A DNA stretch of 64,000 nt from Methyloradius sp. (GCA_035460505.1 DATHWP010000091.1:14554-78553), one strand, 5' to 3'. Positions 49,017 to 60,198 are shown, counted from the stretch's first letter. Made by a program: numbers and translations. The notes: generated by a model from the sequence alone, not told the origin.

Positions 49017-49121
49017 GAAGTAAAAAAGCCCGTCGGTCAGGACGGGCCCCGCAACTCAATGTAGCAAAAAGATACACCAAATTACTAGTCACCCTTAATC
49101 GCTAAAAAAAGGAGTAACACC

Positions 49122-50510
49122 GTGCAAGCTAATATGAGATTTACCCTGCGTCAAGTGACATTGTCTTTGCTGATCGCCACCGCATCTGTGAGCGCTAGCG
49201 TTCATGCAGAAGATAGTGCCCCATTACCTGAGTACACATTTATGGATGCTATCAAAACTGGAAAGAATCTAACCAGCTTCAGGCTGCGTTATGAGAATGT
49301 GCAGCAAGATGGCAATAGTCCAGCAGGTAAACCCCTAGAAGATGCCAACGCATTTACCTTGCGTAGCCTGATTGGCTGGCAGACTGCGCCATATCATAAC
49401 TTCAGTTTTGCTGCGCAAATCATCAACGTATCCAAACTGGATGATGATTTCAACGACAGCACCAACGGCACGTTGATCAACGCTGCATCTAACCAGCCTA
49501 ACAAGGCACAGTACGCCAAAGTGGTAGATCCAGACATCACCGACATCAACCAGCTTTATGTCGACTGGACAGGCATTAGAAACAACCGTGTGCGTGCAGG
49601 TCGCCAACAGATTATTTTGGATAACTCACGCTTTATTGGCGATATTGGATTCCGTCAGGACATGCAGGTATTCGACGGCGTATCTGTGCTCAGCAAATCG
49701 ATACCAGATACTGAAGTGTATGTAGCCCATCTTGAGTCAGTACGGCAAATCAGTACCAAAACTCGTACTGATGGCGCACTCGAAGTTACCAATGTTCGCT
49801 ATCGCATTTCCCCTACTGAGTTCTTGATTGGCTACGGCTACTTTTCAAGTTTTGATGATCTAGGTCTGGGCAATGCATGGTTTGGCGCAGGCACTTTGAA
49901 CAATGCAGGCAAGCCCAATATCTCGGCAAATCAGTCCAACAAAGTATTGGGTGTGCGCCTGGATGGTATTCACCCATTCAACCCTAATCTCAGGGCGCTC
50001 TATACCGCCGAATATGCCAAGCAGACTGATTACTCAGGTGGCGATTCGCGTATTGATGCGGATTACTACAAGCTAGGCGGCGGCGTAGGCATTGATAACT
50101 TTTCGATTCGTCTGGATCAAGAGTTACTCTCTAGCAACAACGGCCTTTACGCATTCCAAACCCCTTTTGGTACCAACCATTTATTCCAAGGCTGGGTAGA
50201 TAAATTCCTGGCAACACCTAAAGAAGGTATTAAAGACAGCTTTATCACTGGCACTTACAAATATGGTGACTTCCTGTTTTTTGCTGATTACCACATCTTC
50301 AATTCTGATGTCGATTTCGTCAAAGCCACTGGTGGCAAGGGCGACCGCTACGGTACCGAATGGAATGCTGCTGCGACTTATAACTACAGCAAAAACATCA
50401 TGACCAAGCTGGAATATGGCGAATATTCAGAAGATGACCAATATCTGGCGACCGCCAACCGTATTCGCGATACCAAGAAGCTTTGGTTAACCGCGATGTA
50501 CACATTCTAA
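49122..50510 (+). CDS. Alginate-export-family outer-membrane beta-barrel protein
   Basis: Signal peptide, RLRYE, GRQQI.LDNSRFIG...FRQ..Q.FD, FQTP..T.H.FQGW.DKF, C-terminal YTF. Confidence 0.75.
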   Translation: MQANMRFTLRQVTLSLLIATASVSASVHAEDSAPLPEYTFMDAIKTGKNLTSFRLRYENVQQDGNSPAGKPLEDANAFTLRSLIGWQTAPYHNFSFAAQIINVSKLDDDFNDSTNGTLINAASNQPNKAQYAKVVDPDITDINQLYVDWTGIRNNRVRAGRQQIILDNSRFIGDIGFRQDMQVFDGVSVLSKSIPDTEVYVAHLESVRQISTKTRTDGALEVTNVRYRISPTEFLIGYGYFSSFDDLGLGNAWFGAGTLNNAGKPNISANQSNKVLGVRLDGIHPFNPNLRALYTAEYAKQTDYSGGDSRIDADYYKLGGGVGIDNFSIRLDQELLSSNNGLYAFQTPFGTNHLFQGWVDKFLATPKEGIKDSFITGTYKYGDFLFFADYHIFNSDVDFVKATGGKGDRYGTEWNAAATYNYSKNIMTKLEYGEYSEDDQYLATANRIRDTKKLWLTAMYTF

Positions 50511-50541
50511 GCAACGCGCAGAAGATTAACGGAGCTCCCTC

Positions 50542-51306
50542 ATGAACAAAGGTAAGGTTTATTTAATAGGCGCAGGCCCTGGTGACCCAGAGTTGATCAC
50601 CATCAAAGCGGTGAATGCGCTGGCACTGGCGCAAGTGGTGCTGATTGATGATCTGGTCAATCGGGCATTACTCGCTTATGCGCCAAATGCCCGCGTGATT
50701 GAGGTGGGCAAGCGCGGCGGCTGTAAATCCACGCCGCAGCACTTTATCAATCGCATGATGATTGCGCTGGCAGAACAAGGCCAGATTGTCGCAAGGCTTA
50801 AAGGTGGCGATCCGTTTCTGTTTGGCCGTGGTGGTGAAGAGATGCTGGCACTGCAAGGCACTGGTATAGCTGTTGAGGTTGTGCCTGGCATCACCAGTGG
50901 TATCGCTGTGCCAGCCAGTATCGGCATCCCTGTCACCCACCGTGAATACACGCACGGTGTGTCTTTCGTCACTGGCCATACACAAGATGAAGAAAGCCCG
51001 AATTGGTCTGCATTGGCGGCTACAGGCACAACGCTAGTGATTTACATGGGCATCAAGCATTTGCCAGAAATCGTGAGCGATTTATTAAAAGCGGGAATGC
51101 CCGCCACTACCCCAGTCGCGGCGATTCAGCATGGCACGCTGCCTGAGCAGCAGCATATTGTCAGTACATTAGGCATGTTGCCGATGGCGGTGAAGCAAGC
51201 TGGTTTAGCTAGTCCCGCGATCATAGTAGTGGGCGATGTGGTCAGGTTGGCGAAGGCTAATAACCAAGCGCTAAACACGCTATTCACTGAGCATCTGGCG
51301 GCTTAG
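50542..51306 (+). CDS. cobA: Uroporphyrinogen-III C-methyltransferase (siroheme supply)
   Basis: GAGPGDPELIT, RLKGGDPFLFGRGGEE, VPGITS, VTGH, VIYMG. Confidence 0.93.
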   Translation: MNKGKVYLIGAGPGDPELITIKAVNALALAQVVLIDDLVNRALLAYAPNARVIEVGKRGGCKSTPQHFINRMMIALAEQGQIVARLKGGDPFLFGRGGEEMLALQGTGIAVEVVPGITSGIAVPASIGIPVTHREYTHGVSFVTGHTQDEESPNWSALAATGTTLVIYMGIKHLPEIVSDLLKAGMPATTPVAAIQHGTLPEQQHIVSTLGMLPMAVKQAGLASPAIIVVGDVVRLAKANNQALNTLFTEHLAA

Positions 51307-51372
51307 GTTTAACAAATATAGACCCCAACAAATAGTAAACAGATATTTCTGAAAGAAACGCTGGAGTAGAAC

Positions 51373-53820
51373 ATGCAAAAAATGAAATTAGTGGTGGTTG
51401 GCAATGGCATGGCGGGCATGCGAGTGGTTGAAGAGCTGCTCAAAATAGCACCTGACCTCTATGACATCACCGTCTTTGGTGATGAGCCGTACCCGAATTA
51501 CAACCGCATTATGCTGTCGCCCGTGTTGGCGAATGAACAGACGATAGACGACATTATCCTCAATACGCGCGAGTGGTATGCCGAGCACAATATCACCCTG
51601 CATACCAATGCCCGCGTAGATAGAATTTACCGTGAAAGCCGCGTGGTCTATGCCGAAGATGGTACCAGCGCACCATATGATCGCCTGCTCATTGCCACTG
51701 GCTCCAAGCCATTTATGCTGCCTATACCGGGTGCTGAGCTAAAAGGTGTGATCGGCTATCGCGATATTAAAGATACCAACGATATGATCGCCGCAGCTAA
51801 AACCCACAAACATGCGGTAGTGATTGGCGGTGGCCTGCTAGGGCTTGAAGCGGCCAATGGGCTCAAGATTCAGGGCATGGATGTCACTGTCATTCACAAA
51901 AATGACTGGCTGCTGGAACGCCAACTCGACAAAACCGCAGGCAAGATGCTGCAACTGTCCTTAGAAGCCAAAGGCCTTAATTTTATGCTGAATGCCAATA
52001 CCCAGCAGCTGATTGGGCATGAGTCTGGTGAATATCAGGGATGTGTGAAAGCGGTTCAGCTAGATGATGGTACCGAGCTATCAGCAGATTTAGTAGTGAT
52101 GGCTGTTGGTATTCGGCCTAACTATGCACTGGCTGAATCAGCAGGCATTTATTGCAATCGTGGCATCGTGGTGAATGACACCATGCAGACGTATGACCCG
52201 AGAGTTTATGCGGTGGGCGAATGTGTTTCGCATCGCGGCACTTCATATGGCTTGGTCGCGCCATTATTCGAGATGGCCAAGGTCTGCGCGACCCATCTGG
52301 CGAACTTTGGCATCGGCCTTTATAAAGGCTCTGTGACTTCAACCAAGCTCAAAGTCACGGGCATAGACCTTTTCTCTGCAGGCGATTTCAGCGGTGGTGA
52401 AGATACGGAAGAAATCGTATTGCACGATGCCGTTGGTGGCGTTTACAAAAAACTCATCATCAAAGACGACAAAATCATCGGTAGCGTGCTCTATGGCGAT
52501 ACAGCTGATGGTGCCTGGTATTTTCAGATGTTGCGTGACCGTAAACCTATCCATGAAATACGCGACATGCTGATGTTCGGTGAAGATAGCCTAGGTAATA
52601 CGGGGCACTCAGGACAAGACAAAGCCGCCGCAATGACCGATGAAATGGAAGTTTGCGGTTGTAACGGCGTATGCAAAGGCACAATCGTCAAAGCCATTAA
52701 AGAAAAAGGCTTATTCACGATTGATGATGTGAAAAAACAGACCAAAGCGGCCTCAAGCTGCGGCTCTTGTACTGGCTTGGTTGAGCAGATTCTGGCTTCT
52801 GCGCTGGGAGGTGGTTATGCGCCTCCATCTACCGCCAAATCGGTCTGTGGTTGCACGGATAAAAATCACGAAGAAGTGCGTGAAGAAATCCGCAGGCACA
52901 AATACCTGAATATTCCGGATGCGATGAAAGGCATGAACTGGCGTACACCTAATGGCTGTGCAACTTGCCGACCAGCTCTCAATTACTATCTGCTTTCTAC
53001 TTGGCCGCACGAAGCGGTGGATGATCCGCAATCACGGTTCATCAATGAGCGCGTGCATGCAAACATCCAGAAAGACGGCACTTATTCGGTGATTCCCCGC
53101 ATGTATGGCGGCGTTACCACGCCAGACCAGTTGCGCAAAATCGCTGATGTTGCAGACAAATATGCCGTGCCGATGGTGAAAGTCACTGGTGGCCAACGTA
53201 TTGACTTGCTTGGGGTAAAAAAGGAAGACCTCACCAATATGTGGGCTGACCTGGATATGCCATCTGGCTATGCCTACGCCAAGGGTTTGCGCACCGTAAA
53301 AACCTGTGTTGGCTCTGAATTCTGCCGCTTCGGTACGCAGGATTCAACCAAGCTGGGTATCGATATCGAAAAAGCCTTTGACCATATGTGGGCACCGCAC
53401 AAGGTTAAATTCGCCGTCTCTGGCTGCCCACGTAATTGTGCTGAATCGGGCATCAAGGATGTTGGCATCATCGGCGTTGATTCAGGCTGGGAGCTTTATG
53501 TAGGGGGCAATGGAGGTATCAAAACTGAAGTGGCGCAATTTCTCTGCAAAGTAAAAACGGCGGAAGAGGTCATTGAGTATTCTGGCGCGTTTATCCAGAT
53601 ATATCGTGAAGAAGCACGCTATCTGGATCGCACCGTGCACTGGATACATCGCGTTGGCCTCGATTACGTCAAGCAACGTGTACTGGACGATGCGGAAGGT
53701 CGTAAAGCTGCATTTGAGCGCTTGTTGTATGCACTACAAGGCGCTACCAACCCTTGGGCTGAGCGCGTGGAAAAACGCAGCGAGCACAAAGAGTTCGACA
53801 TCATATCCATACCGGCTTAA
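51373..53820 (+). CDS. nirB: Assimilatory nitrite reductase [NAD(P)H] large subunit
   Basis: GNGMAG, GGGLLGLEAA, two BFD-like Cys clusters, ANIQKDGTYS, KTCVG..FC, SGCPRNCAE. Confidence 0.96.
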   Translation: MQKMKLVVVGNGMAGMRVVEELLKIAPDLYDITVFGDEPYPNYNRIMLSPVLANEQTIDDIILNTREWYAEHNITLHTNARVDRIYRESRVVYAEDGTSAPYDRLLIATGSKPFMLPIPGAELKGVIGYRDIKDTNDMIAAAKTHKHAVVIGGGLLGLEAANGLKIQGMDVTVIHKNDWLLERQLDKTAGKMLQLSLEAKGLNFMLNANTQQLIGHESGEYQGCVKAVQLDDGTELSADLVVMAVGIRPNYALAESAGIYCNRGIVVNDTMQTYDPRVYAVGECVSHRGTSYGLVAPLFEMAKVCATHLANFGIGLYKGSVTSTKLKVTGIDLFSAGDFSGGEDTEEIVLHDAVGGVYKKLIIKDDKIIGSVLYGDTADGAWYFQMLRDRKPIHEIRDMLMFGEDSLGNTGHSGQDKAAAMTDEMEVCGCNGVCKGTIVKAIKEKGLFTIDDVKKQTKAASSCGSCTGLVEQILASALGGGYAPPSTAKSVCGCTDKNHEEVREEIRRHKYLNIPDAMKGMNWRTPNGCATCRPALNYYLLSTWPHEAVDDPQSRFINERVHANIQKDGTYSVIPRMYGGVTTPDQLRKIADVADKYAVPMVKVTGGQRIDLLGVKKEDLTNMWADLDMPSGYAYAKGLRTVKTCVGSEFCRFGTQDSTKLGIDIEKAFDHMWAPHKVKFAVSGCPRNCAESGIKDVGIIGVDSGWELYVGGNGGIKTEVAQFLCKVKTAEEVIEYSGAFIQIYREEARYLDRTVHWIHRVGLDYVKQRVLDDAEGRKAAFERLLYALQGATNPWAERVEKRSEHKEFDIISIPA

Positions 53821-53845
53821 CGAGAAAAATGTAATAAGGATCACT

Positions 53846-54154
53846 ATGAGTAGCTGGATAAAAATTGTTCCACTTGGCGACATTCCCAAACTGGGTTCAC
53901 GCGTTGTGCGCAGCAGCAAAGGCGATATCGCCGTATTCCGCACAGAAGACGACAAGGTGTTCGCCTTGCACGACAAATGCCCGCACAAAGGCGGCCCGCT
54001 TTCACAGGGTATTGTCTATGGCGATAAAGTTGCCTGCCCGCTGCATTCTTGGCAAATTCACTTGGCTGATGGGCATGCCGTTGAACCTGACGAAGGCCAA
54101 ACCGCCTGCTTTGCCGTGAAGGTAGAAGATGGCAGTGTGTACCTTGAGATTTAA
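53846..54154 (+). CDS. nirD: Nitrite reductase small subunit (Rieske type)
   Basis: CPHKGGPLSQG and CPLH; ATG 53846 after AAGGA. Confidence 0.93.
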   Translation: MSSWIKIVPLGDIPKLGSRVVRSSKGDIAVFRTEDDKVFALHDKCPHKGGPLSQGIVYGDKVACPLHSWQIHLADGHAVEPDEGQTACFAVKVEDGSVYLEI

Positions 54155-54170
54155 GAGCTGGGAATATTAA

Positions 54171-56900
54171 GTGTCTGTAATACCAATTCAAGCAAAAGAA
54201 GTTAAATCCACCTGCTGCTACTGCGGCGTTGGTTGTGGCGTGCTGATTCAAACCGAACAGGGGAAAATCACTGGGGTGCGCGGCGACCCCGACCATCCAG
54301 CCAACTTTGGGCGCTTGTGTACCAAGGGTTCAACACTACACTTATCTACCAGACCTGAAGCACGCTTGCTTTATCCTGAATTGCGGCGTAACCGTAGTGA
54401 TGTGAGGCAACGTGCAAGCTGGGATGAATCGCTGGATTACGTCGCTGAACGCTTTGCGGCGATTATTCGCGAGCATGGCCCAGATGCTGTGGCTTTCTAC
54501 ATTTCAGGCCAGTTGCTGACCGAGGATTACTATGTGTTTAATAAGCTGGCTAAAGGTTTGATTGGCACGAATAACGTCGATACCAATTCCCGCCTTTGCA
54601 TGTCATCCGCGGTCAGTGGTTACAAGGCCACCCTAGGTGCAGATGCGCCACCTGCCTGTTATGAAGATATCGACCATGCAGCGTGCCTGTTTATCGCTGG
54701 CTCAAACACAGCCTATGCACACCCGATTTTGTATCGCAGGATTGAAGACGCCAAAGCCAAAAACCCAGAGATGAAAATCATCGTGGTTGATCCACGTTTG
54801 ACCGACACGGCGCAATCTGCGGATTTACACCTGGCCATTTTGCCCGGTACCGATGTCGCGCTGTTCAACGGCATGCTCCATGTCATGCTGTGGGAAGGCC
54901 TGCTGGATATGGCCTACATCAATGCCTATACAGAAGGCTTTGAAGCACTGAAAAATACAGTGCGCGAATATACACCGAAGATGGTGGCCGATATTTGTGG
55001 CATTAAAGAAGCCGACATTATCACGGCTGCCAAATGGTTTGGCGCTGGGCCTACGCTCTCTATGTACTGCCAGGGTTTGAATCAATCTACCAGCGGCACT
55101 GATAAAAATGCTGCGCTCATCAACCTGCATCTGGCGACAGGCCAGATTGGCAAACCAGGTGCGGGACCGTTTTCTTTGACTGGTCAGCCTAATGCCATGG
55201 GCGGGCGCGAAGTTGGGGGCATGGCTAATTTGCTCTCAGGCCATCGCGATTTAGCTAATCCCGAGCACCGCGCCGAGGTGGCGAAGTTGTGGGGGATAGA
55301 AAGCGTGCCCGAGCAGCCAGGCAAAACCGCAGTAGAAATGTTCAAGGCTATTGGCGAAGGCAACATTAAAGCAATCTGGATTGCTTGTACCAACCCAGCG
55401 CAATCGATGCCAGATTTAAGTAGTGTTTTAGCCGCGCTGGATAAAGCGGAGTTAGTCGTGCTGCAAGAAGCTTTCCAGGGCACAGAGACTACAGGCTATG
55501 CTGATGTGATATTGCCTGCAAGTAGCTGGGGCGAAAAAGAAGGCACGGTGACTAATTCCGAGCGTCGTATTACCCACCTCAACCCCGCAGTAACGCCGCC
55601 TGCTGACGCACGTCATGATTGGGAAATTGCTACAGATTTTGCACTCAGGCTAGGCCGCTTGCTCGACAATAATAATGATGCAGCCAAGCTATTCCCATAT
55701 ACCCACCCAGAACATATTTTTAACGAACACCGCGAAACCACGCGTGGTCGTGACCTTGATATTACGGGCATCAGCTATGGCTTGTTAGACCAATCTGGCC
55801 CACAACTATGGCCGTTTCCCGAAGGTGGTGATGCTGGTGTTAAACGCCTTTATGCCGATGGAATATTCCAGAAAGAAAACGGTAAAGCGCAGTTTGCCAA
55901 CACTATCTATAAAGCCACTGCTGAGAAAACCGATGCGCGCCATCCTTTGCATTTGACCACTGGCAGGCTGCGCGACCAGTGGCATGGCATGAGCCGTACT
56001 GGCACAGTCGCACAACTTTTCAACCATGCGGAAGAACCCATAATCTCGATGAATCTGGGCGACATGAAACGTCGCTCGATTGAAGCTGGCAGCCTGGTAA
56101 AAGTCAGCAGTAAACGGGGTAGTTTGATATTGCGAGCGCAGCCATCAGATGAGATGATGCCCGCGCAAACCTTTATCCCCATGCACTGGGGCAGCCAGTT
56201 TATGAATGGCCTCGGCAGTAATGCGCTTATGCCTAGTGCCTTTGATAAAACATCGAAACAGCCAGAGCTAAAACATGCGGCCATCAAGATTGAAAAGGTG
56301 GAGCTACCGTGGCAAATGACGGTGATGCGCGTTTGCCATGATCTGCATCTGCTGCAAAATATCCGCACCATGCTCAAATACTTTGACTACGCCAGTTGTG
56401 GTCTCTATGGCCGTGGCGATGGCATGGTGATACTGCGCGCTAGCCACAATGCCACCCCAGATGACAGCATTATTCAGCAGCTGGATGAAATGCTGGGCAT
56501 GACAGAAGGCATGCCCATGCTCAATTACAACGATGCAAAACGCGGAATTTCCAAACGTATTCTAGTGGAAAACAAGCAGGTGACAGGGGTGCGGCTGATT
56601 GGTGAAATCCTCGCCGCCGAATGGCTACGCGAAGTCATGACTCAAGGTGAGTTTACAGAGCAGTTACGCCGCTGGGCACTTGCGCCACTCAGTGCTCCAC
56701 CAACTGGCAATGGGAGTCGAGGCAAGATTATCTGTAACTGTGTGGATGTTGCGGAAAATACAATTATCGACAATATTGCCCGCGGCGCTGATTTGATTAC
56801 ATTGAAAAACAAGCTCAAATGCGGCACAGAATGCGGCTCATGTGTGCCCGAATTAAATCGGCTGATTAAAATACACGCGCCAGCAGTATCAAAAGTTTAA
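54171..56900 (+). CDS. nasA: Assimilatory nitrate reductase catalytic subunit (Mo-bisPGD)
   Basis: TCCYCGVGCG, LCTKG, DTNSRLCM, GQPNAMGGRE, TNSERR, TTGRLRDQWH, C-terminal BFD Cys cluster. Confidence 0.95.
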   Translation: MSVIPIQAKEVKSTCCYCGVGCGVLIQTEQGKITGVRGDPDHPANFGRLCTKGSTLHLSTRPEARLLYPELRRNRSDVRQRASWDESLDYVAERFAAIIREHGPDAVAFYISGQLLTEDYYVFNKLAKGLIGTNNVDTNSRLCMSSAVSGYKATLGADAPPACYEDIDHAACLFIAGSNTAYAHPILYRRIEDAKAKNPEMKIIVVDPRLTDTAQSADLHLAILPGTDVALFNGMLHVMLWEGLLDMAYINAYTEGFEALKNTVREYTPKMVADICGIKEADIITAAKWFGAGPTLSMYCQGLNQSTSGTDKNAALINLHLATGQIGKPGAGPFSLTGQPNAMGGREVGGMANLLSGHRDLANPEHRAEVAKLWGIESVPEQPGKTAVEMFKAIGEGNIKAIWIACTNPAQSMPDLSSVLAALDKAELVVLQEAFQGTETTGYADVILPASSWGEKEGTVTNSERRITHLNPAVTPPADARHDWEIATDFALRLGRLLDNNNDAAKLFPYTHPEHIFNEHRETTRGRDLDITGISYGLLDQSGPQLWPFPEGGDAGVKRLYADGIFQKENGKAQFANTIYKATAEKTDARHPLHLTTGRLRDQWHGMSRTGTVAQLFNHAEEPIISMNLGDMKRRSIEAGSLVKVSSKRGSLILRAQPSDEMMPAQTFIPMHWGSQFMNGLGSNALMPSAFDKTSKQPELKHAAIKIEKVELPWQMTVMRVCHDLHLLQNIRTMLKYFDYASCGLYGRGDGMVILRASHNATPDDSIIQQLDEMLGMTEGMPMLNYNDAKRGISKRILVENKQVTGVRLIGEILAAEWLREVMTQGEFTEQLRRWALAPLSAPPTGNGSRGKIICNCVDVAENTIIDNIARGADLITLKNKLKCGTECGSCVPELNRLIKIHAPAVSKV

Positions 56901-57814
56901 TGATTGAACAACTTGATTCCTGCCAATTTGGCTAAACAGGTTTCGCGGATAATCTTCACCAGGTCCTGCGCGTATGGCTGGGTGATGGTCTCTTGCTTGC
57001 CAACTGCGTAGAGCTTGGACCACAGGCCTTTTTTAGTGATGGCTTTTTCGATCACATACTCATGCTCCACATAACTTTGTATGCCCCAGCTCGGCAAGGC
57101 GGCGATGCCTCGGTGGCTGGCGACTAGCTGCATGATGGCCACAGTCAGTTCCGATGTGCGTCGTTTGAATACAATCTCCGCTGGCTTTAGCACATGGCGG
57201 ATGACATCAATACGCTCTTCTGGCACTGGGTAAGTAATCAAGGTCTCATTGGCAAAATCTTCAGCCTGCATATAGGGCTTGGCGTGTAGCGCATGATCTG
57301 GCGCTAGCACCGCCATAATCTCAAACTCGAACAGAGGCGCGTGATGCAGGCTCTGCATGTTTTGTGGCAAACCGCCAATGACAAAATCTGCCTTGGCCTC
57401 ATGTAATAAGCGCCATGGATCACTGTGAAAACCTGCCACTAGGTCAATCTCAATCTCGGGCCATGCTCGCCGAAAGCTATCCATCACTGGCGTCAGCCAA
57501 TCAAAACAAGTATGGCATTCCAATACGATACGCAGCTCGCCAGACTGGCTAGCTTTGAGACGCTCAAGATCGCGCTCGGCCTGCGCCGTGGCTTCCAGTA
57601 CCAGATCAGCCAGCTTAAGCAAACGTTCACCCGCTGGGGTGAAGCGCAGGCCATGCGCTGTGCGCTGGAACAGCTTGATCTGGTAATCATCCTCCACAGC
57701 CCTTATCTGGTGCGACAGTGCAGATTGTGTGAGATGCACGCGACTTGCGGCCGTGCCTAGCTTGCCAGTTTCAGCAATTGCCTTGAGAGATTTAAGTTGT
57801 CGTATATCGATCAT
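56897..57814 (-). CDS. metR: LysR family regulator MetR
   Basis: LTQSALSHQ helix-turn-helix, ECHTCFDWL signature; divergent from metE. Confidence 0.93.
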   Translation of the reverse strand: MIDIRQLKSLKAIAETGKLGTAASRVHLTQSALSHQIRAVEDDYQIKLFQRTAHGLRFTPAGERLLKLADLVLEATAQAERDLERLKASQSGELRIVLECHTCFDWLTPVMDSFRRAWPEIEIDLVAGFHSDPWRLLHEAKADFVIGGLPQNMQSLHHAPLFEFEIMAVLAPDHALHAKPYMQAEDFANETLITYPVPEERIDVIRHVLKPAEIVFKRRTSELTVAIMQLVASHRGIAALPSWGIQSYVEHEYVIEKAITKKGLWSKLYAVGKQETITQPYAQDLVKIIRETCLAKLAGIKLFNH

Positions 57815-57818
57815 GATA

Positions 57819-57831
57819 TTAATTTAATTCA
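57819..57831. promoter_or_regulatory. Possible MetR box
   Basis: TTAA-N5-TTCA, 7 of 8 matches to TGAA-N5-TTCA, between metR and metE. Confidence 0.4.
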
Positions 57832-57912
57832 AGTAAAATGTAAAAAAACTCGCTTTATTAATTAAAGCATAGCATGCAAACTGCGCCATCTTAATTTTAG
57901 ATGGACAGAATC

Positions 57913-60183
57913 ATGGCAATTACACACATATTGGGTTACCCACGCATCGGCGAAAAACGGGAATTAAAATTCGCGCTGGAATCTTTCTGGAAAAATGAAA
58001 GCAGCGAACTGGTATTGCATCAAACAGGCTGCGAGTTGCGCAAAAGCAACTGGCAAAAACAACAAGATGCAGGGTTGGAATTTATCAGCGCAGGCGACTT
58101 TTCTTACTACGACCATGTGCTGGACCATAGCGTTTTATTTAGCGCCACCCCAACTCGTTTTGGATTTAAAGGTAAAGCGTTAACGCAGCAGGATTATTTT
58201 GCATTAGCCCGCGGCAATGCGGACCAGCCAGCGCAGGAAATGACCAAATGGTTTGATACTAACTACCACTATCTGGTGCCTGAACTAGGCCCAGAAACCG
58301 AATTCTTGATCAACGCCCATGAGTTTCTCTCTCAGATTGACGAAGCCATTGCTACAGGGGCAAAAGTCAAACCTAACCTATTGGGGCCAGTCTCTTTTCT
58401 CTACCTTGGAAAAAGCCGTGTAGAAGACTTTGACCGCCTTAGCCTGTTGCCAGCCTTGTGTGCAGAGTATGCCGTGTTGCTCAACGAACTTACTTATCGC
58501 GGCATTGAATGGGTGCAAATTGATGAGCCTGCGCTGGGGCTTGATTTAGACCAAGAATGGCTAGATGCGTACAAAGATGCCTATGCCCGCATTCGCAACA
58601 ATCGCCCCAAGCTGTTGCTGACAACCTATTTTGAAAGCGTTGCGCGATACGCCCCTAATATTACCGCGCTGCCTGTGGATGGCATTCATATCGATCTGGT
58701 GCGTGCACCAGAACAACTTGGCATCTGGCTTGCAGTGCTGCCATCACACTGGGTGCTTTCAGCAGGTGTTATTGATGGGCGCAATATCTGGCGTAACGAT
58801 CTGGAAAATACGCTAGAGAGATTAATTCCCGTTGAAAAAAAGATAGGAGATCGGCTCTGGATCGCACCTTCATGTTCCCTCGTTCATGTGCCTGTCTCCT
58901 TAGTTCATGAGCAAAATCTGGATGCTGAGATTAAGTCATGGCTGGCATTTGCTGATGAAAAGCTGCAGGAGCTGAGTGTGTTGCAGCAAGCGTTAACGCA
59001 TGGAAAAGAGCATGTTAAAGATGCGCTTGCCGCATCAAGCAACGCAATTTTATCCAGACGACTTTCAAAGCGTGTACATGATGAGAACGTGAACGAACGA
59101 CTCAGCCAGATTGATGCAATATCGCCTGAAAGAACCAGCAATTTTGCGCAACGTAGCATTCTGCAAAAACAACGCCTCAATCTGCCTTTGCTACCGACCA
59201 CCACGATTGGCTCATTTCCGCAGACTACGGATATTCGTGCTTCACGCTCCGCATTCCGCCGTGGTGAAATCAGTGCCTCTGATTACCAAGCCATTATCCA
59301 GAAAAACATCCGCAATGCCATCGAGCAGCAATTGCAGCTGGATATTGATGTACTGGTGCATGGCGAGGCTGAGCGGAACGACATGGTAGAGTATTTCGGT
59401 GAGCAGCTTGCAGGCTACACATTCAGCCAAAATGGCTGGGTACAAAGCTATGGCTCGCGCTGTGTGAAACCGCCGATTATCTATGGCGATGTCTACCGCC
59501 CTGCTGCCATGACGGTTGAAGAAGCACGCTACGCACAATCTCTTACCACGCGCCCTGTGAAGGGCATGCTGACTGGGCCTGTGACTATGCTGCAATGGTC
59601 TTTTGTACGGGATGACCAGTCACGTGAGCAAACCGCATTGCAACTGGCTTTAGCTATTCGGGACGAAGTGGATGATCTGCAAAAAGCAGGTATTGCGATC
59701 ATTCAGATTGATGAGCCAGCTTTGCGAGAAGGTTTGCCTTTGCAAGCTGCAAAGTGGGCAGATTACTTGGCCTGGGCTGTGCGCGCCTTCAAATTGTCGG
59801 CCAGTGTGGCTGAAGACAGCACTCAGATACATACGCATATGTGCTATGCCGAGTTCAACGATATCTTGCCTTCTATTGCCGATATGGATGCAGATGTAAT
59901 TACGATTGAAACTTCGCGTTCAGCAATGGAACTACTCGATGGCTTTGGTGAGTTTGAATACCCGAATGAAATTGGCCCAGGCGTTTACGACATTCATTCA
60001 CCTAGAGTACCTTCAGTTGAAGCCATGGAGAAACTCATGGAGCGCGCTTTACAGGTGATTCCTGCGGATCGACTCTGGGTAAACCCCGATTGCGGACTGA
60101 AAACGCGCGGCTGGCCTGAAACGATAGAGGCTCTCAAAAACATGGTGCAAACGGCCAAAAATCTGAGGGAGAAGCTCGCATAA
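57913..60183 (+). CDS. metE: Cobalamin-independent methionine synthase
   Basis: GYPRIG..RELK, MTKWFDTNYHY, TTTIGSFPQT, HTHMCY, WVNPDCGLKTR. Confidence 0.98.
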   Translation: MAITHILGYPRIGEKRELKFALESFWKNESSELVLHQTGCELRKSNWQKQQDAGLEFISAGDFSYYDHVLDHSVLFSATPTRFGFKGKALTQQDYFALARGNADQPAQEMTKWFDTNYHYLVPELGPETEFLINAHEFLSQIDEAIATGAKVKPNLLGPVSFLYLGKSRVEDFDRLSLLPALCAEYAVLLNELTYRGIEWVQIDEPALGLDLDQEWLDAYKDAYARIRNNRPKLLLTTYFESVARYAPNITALPVDGIHIDLVRAPEQLGIWLAVLPSHWVLSAGVIDGRNIWRNDLENTLERLIPVEKKIGDRLWIAPSCSLVHVPVSLVHEQNLDAEIKSWLAFADEKLQELSVLQQALTHGKEHVKDALAASSNAILSRRLSKRVHDENVNERLSQIDAISPERTSNFAQRSILQKQRLNLPLLPTTTIGSFPQTTDIRASRSAFRRGEISASDYQAIIQKNIRNAIEQQLQLDIDVLVHGEAERNDMVEYFGEQLAGYTFSQNGWVQSYGSRCVKPPIIYGDVYRPAAMTVEEARYAQSLTTRPVKGMLTGPVTMLQWSFVRDDQSREQTALQLALAIRDEVDDLQKAGIAIIQIDEPALREGLPLQAAKWADYLAWAVRAFKLSASVAEDSTQIHTHMCYAEFNDILPSIADMDADVITIETSRSAMELLDGFGEFEYPNEIGPGVYDIHSPRVPSVEAMEKLMERALQVIPADRLWVNPDCGLKTRGWPETIEALKNMVQTAKNLREKLA

Positions 60184-60198
60184 ATTTAGCATGGTCTG

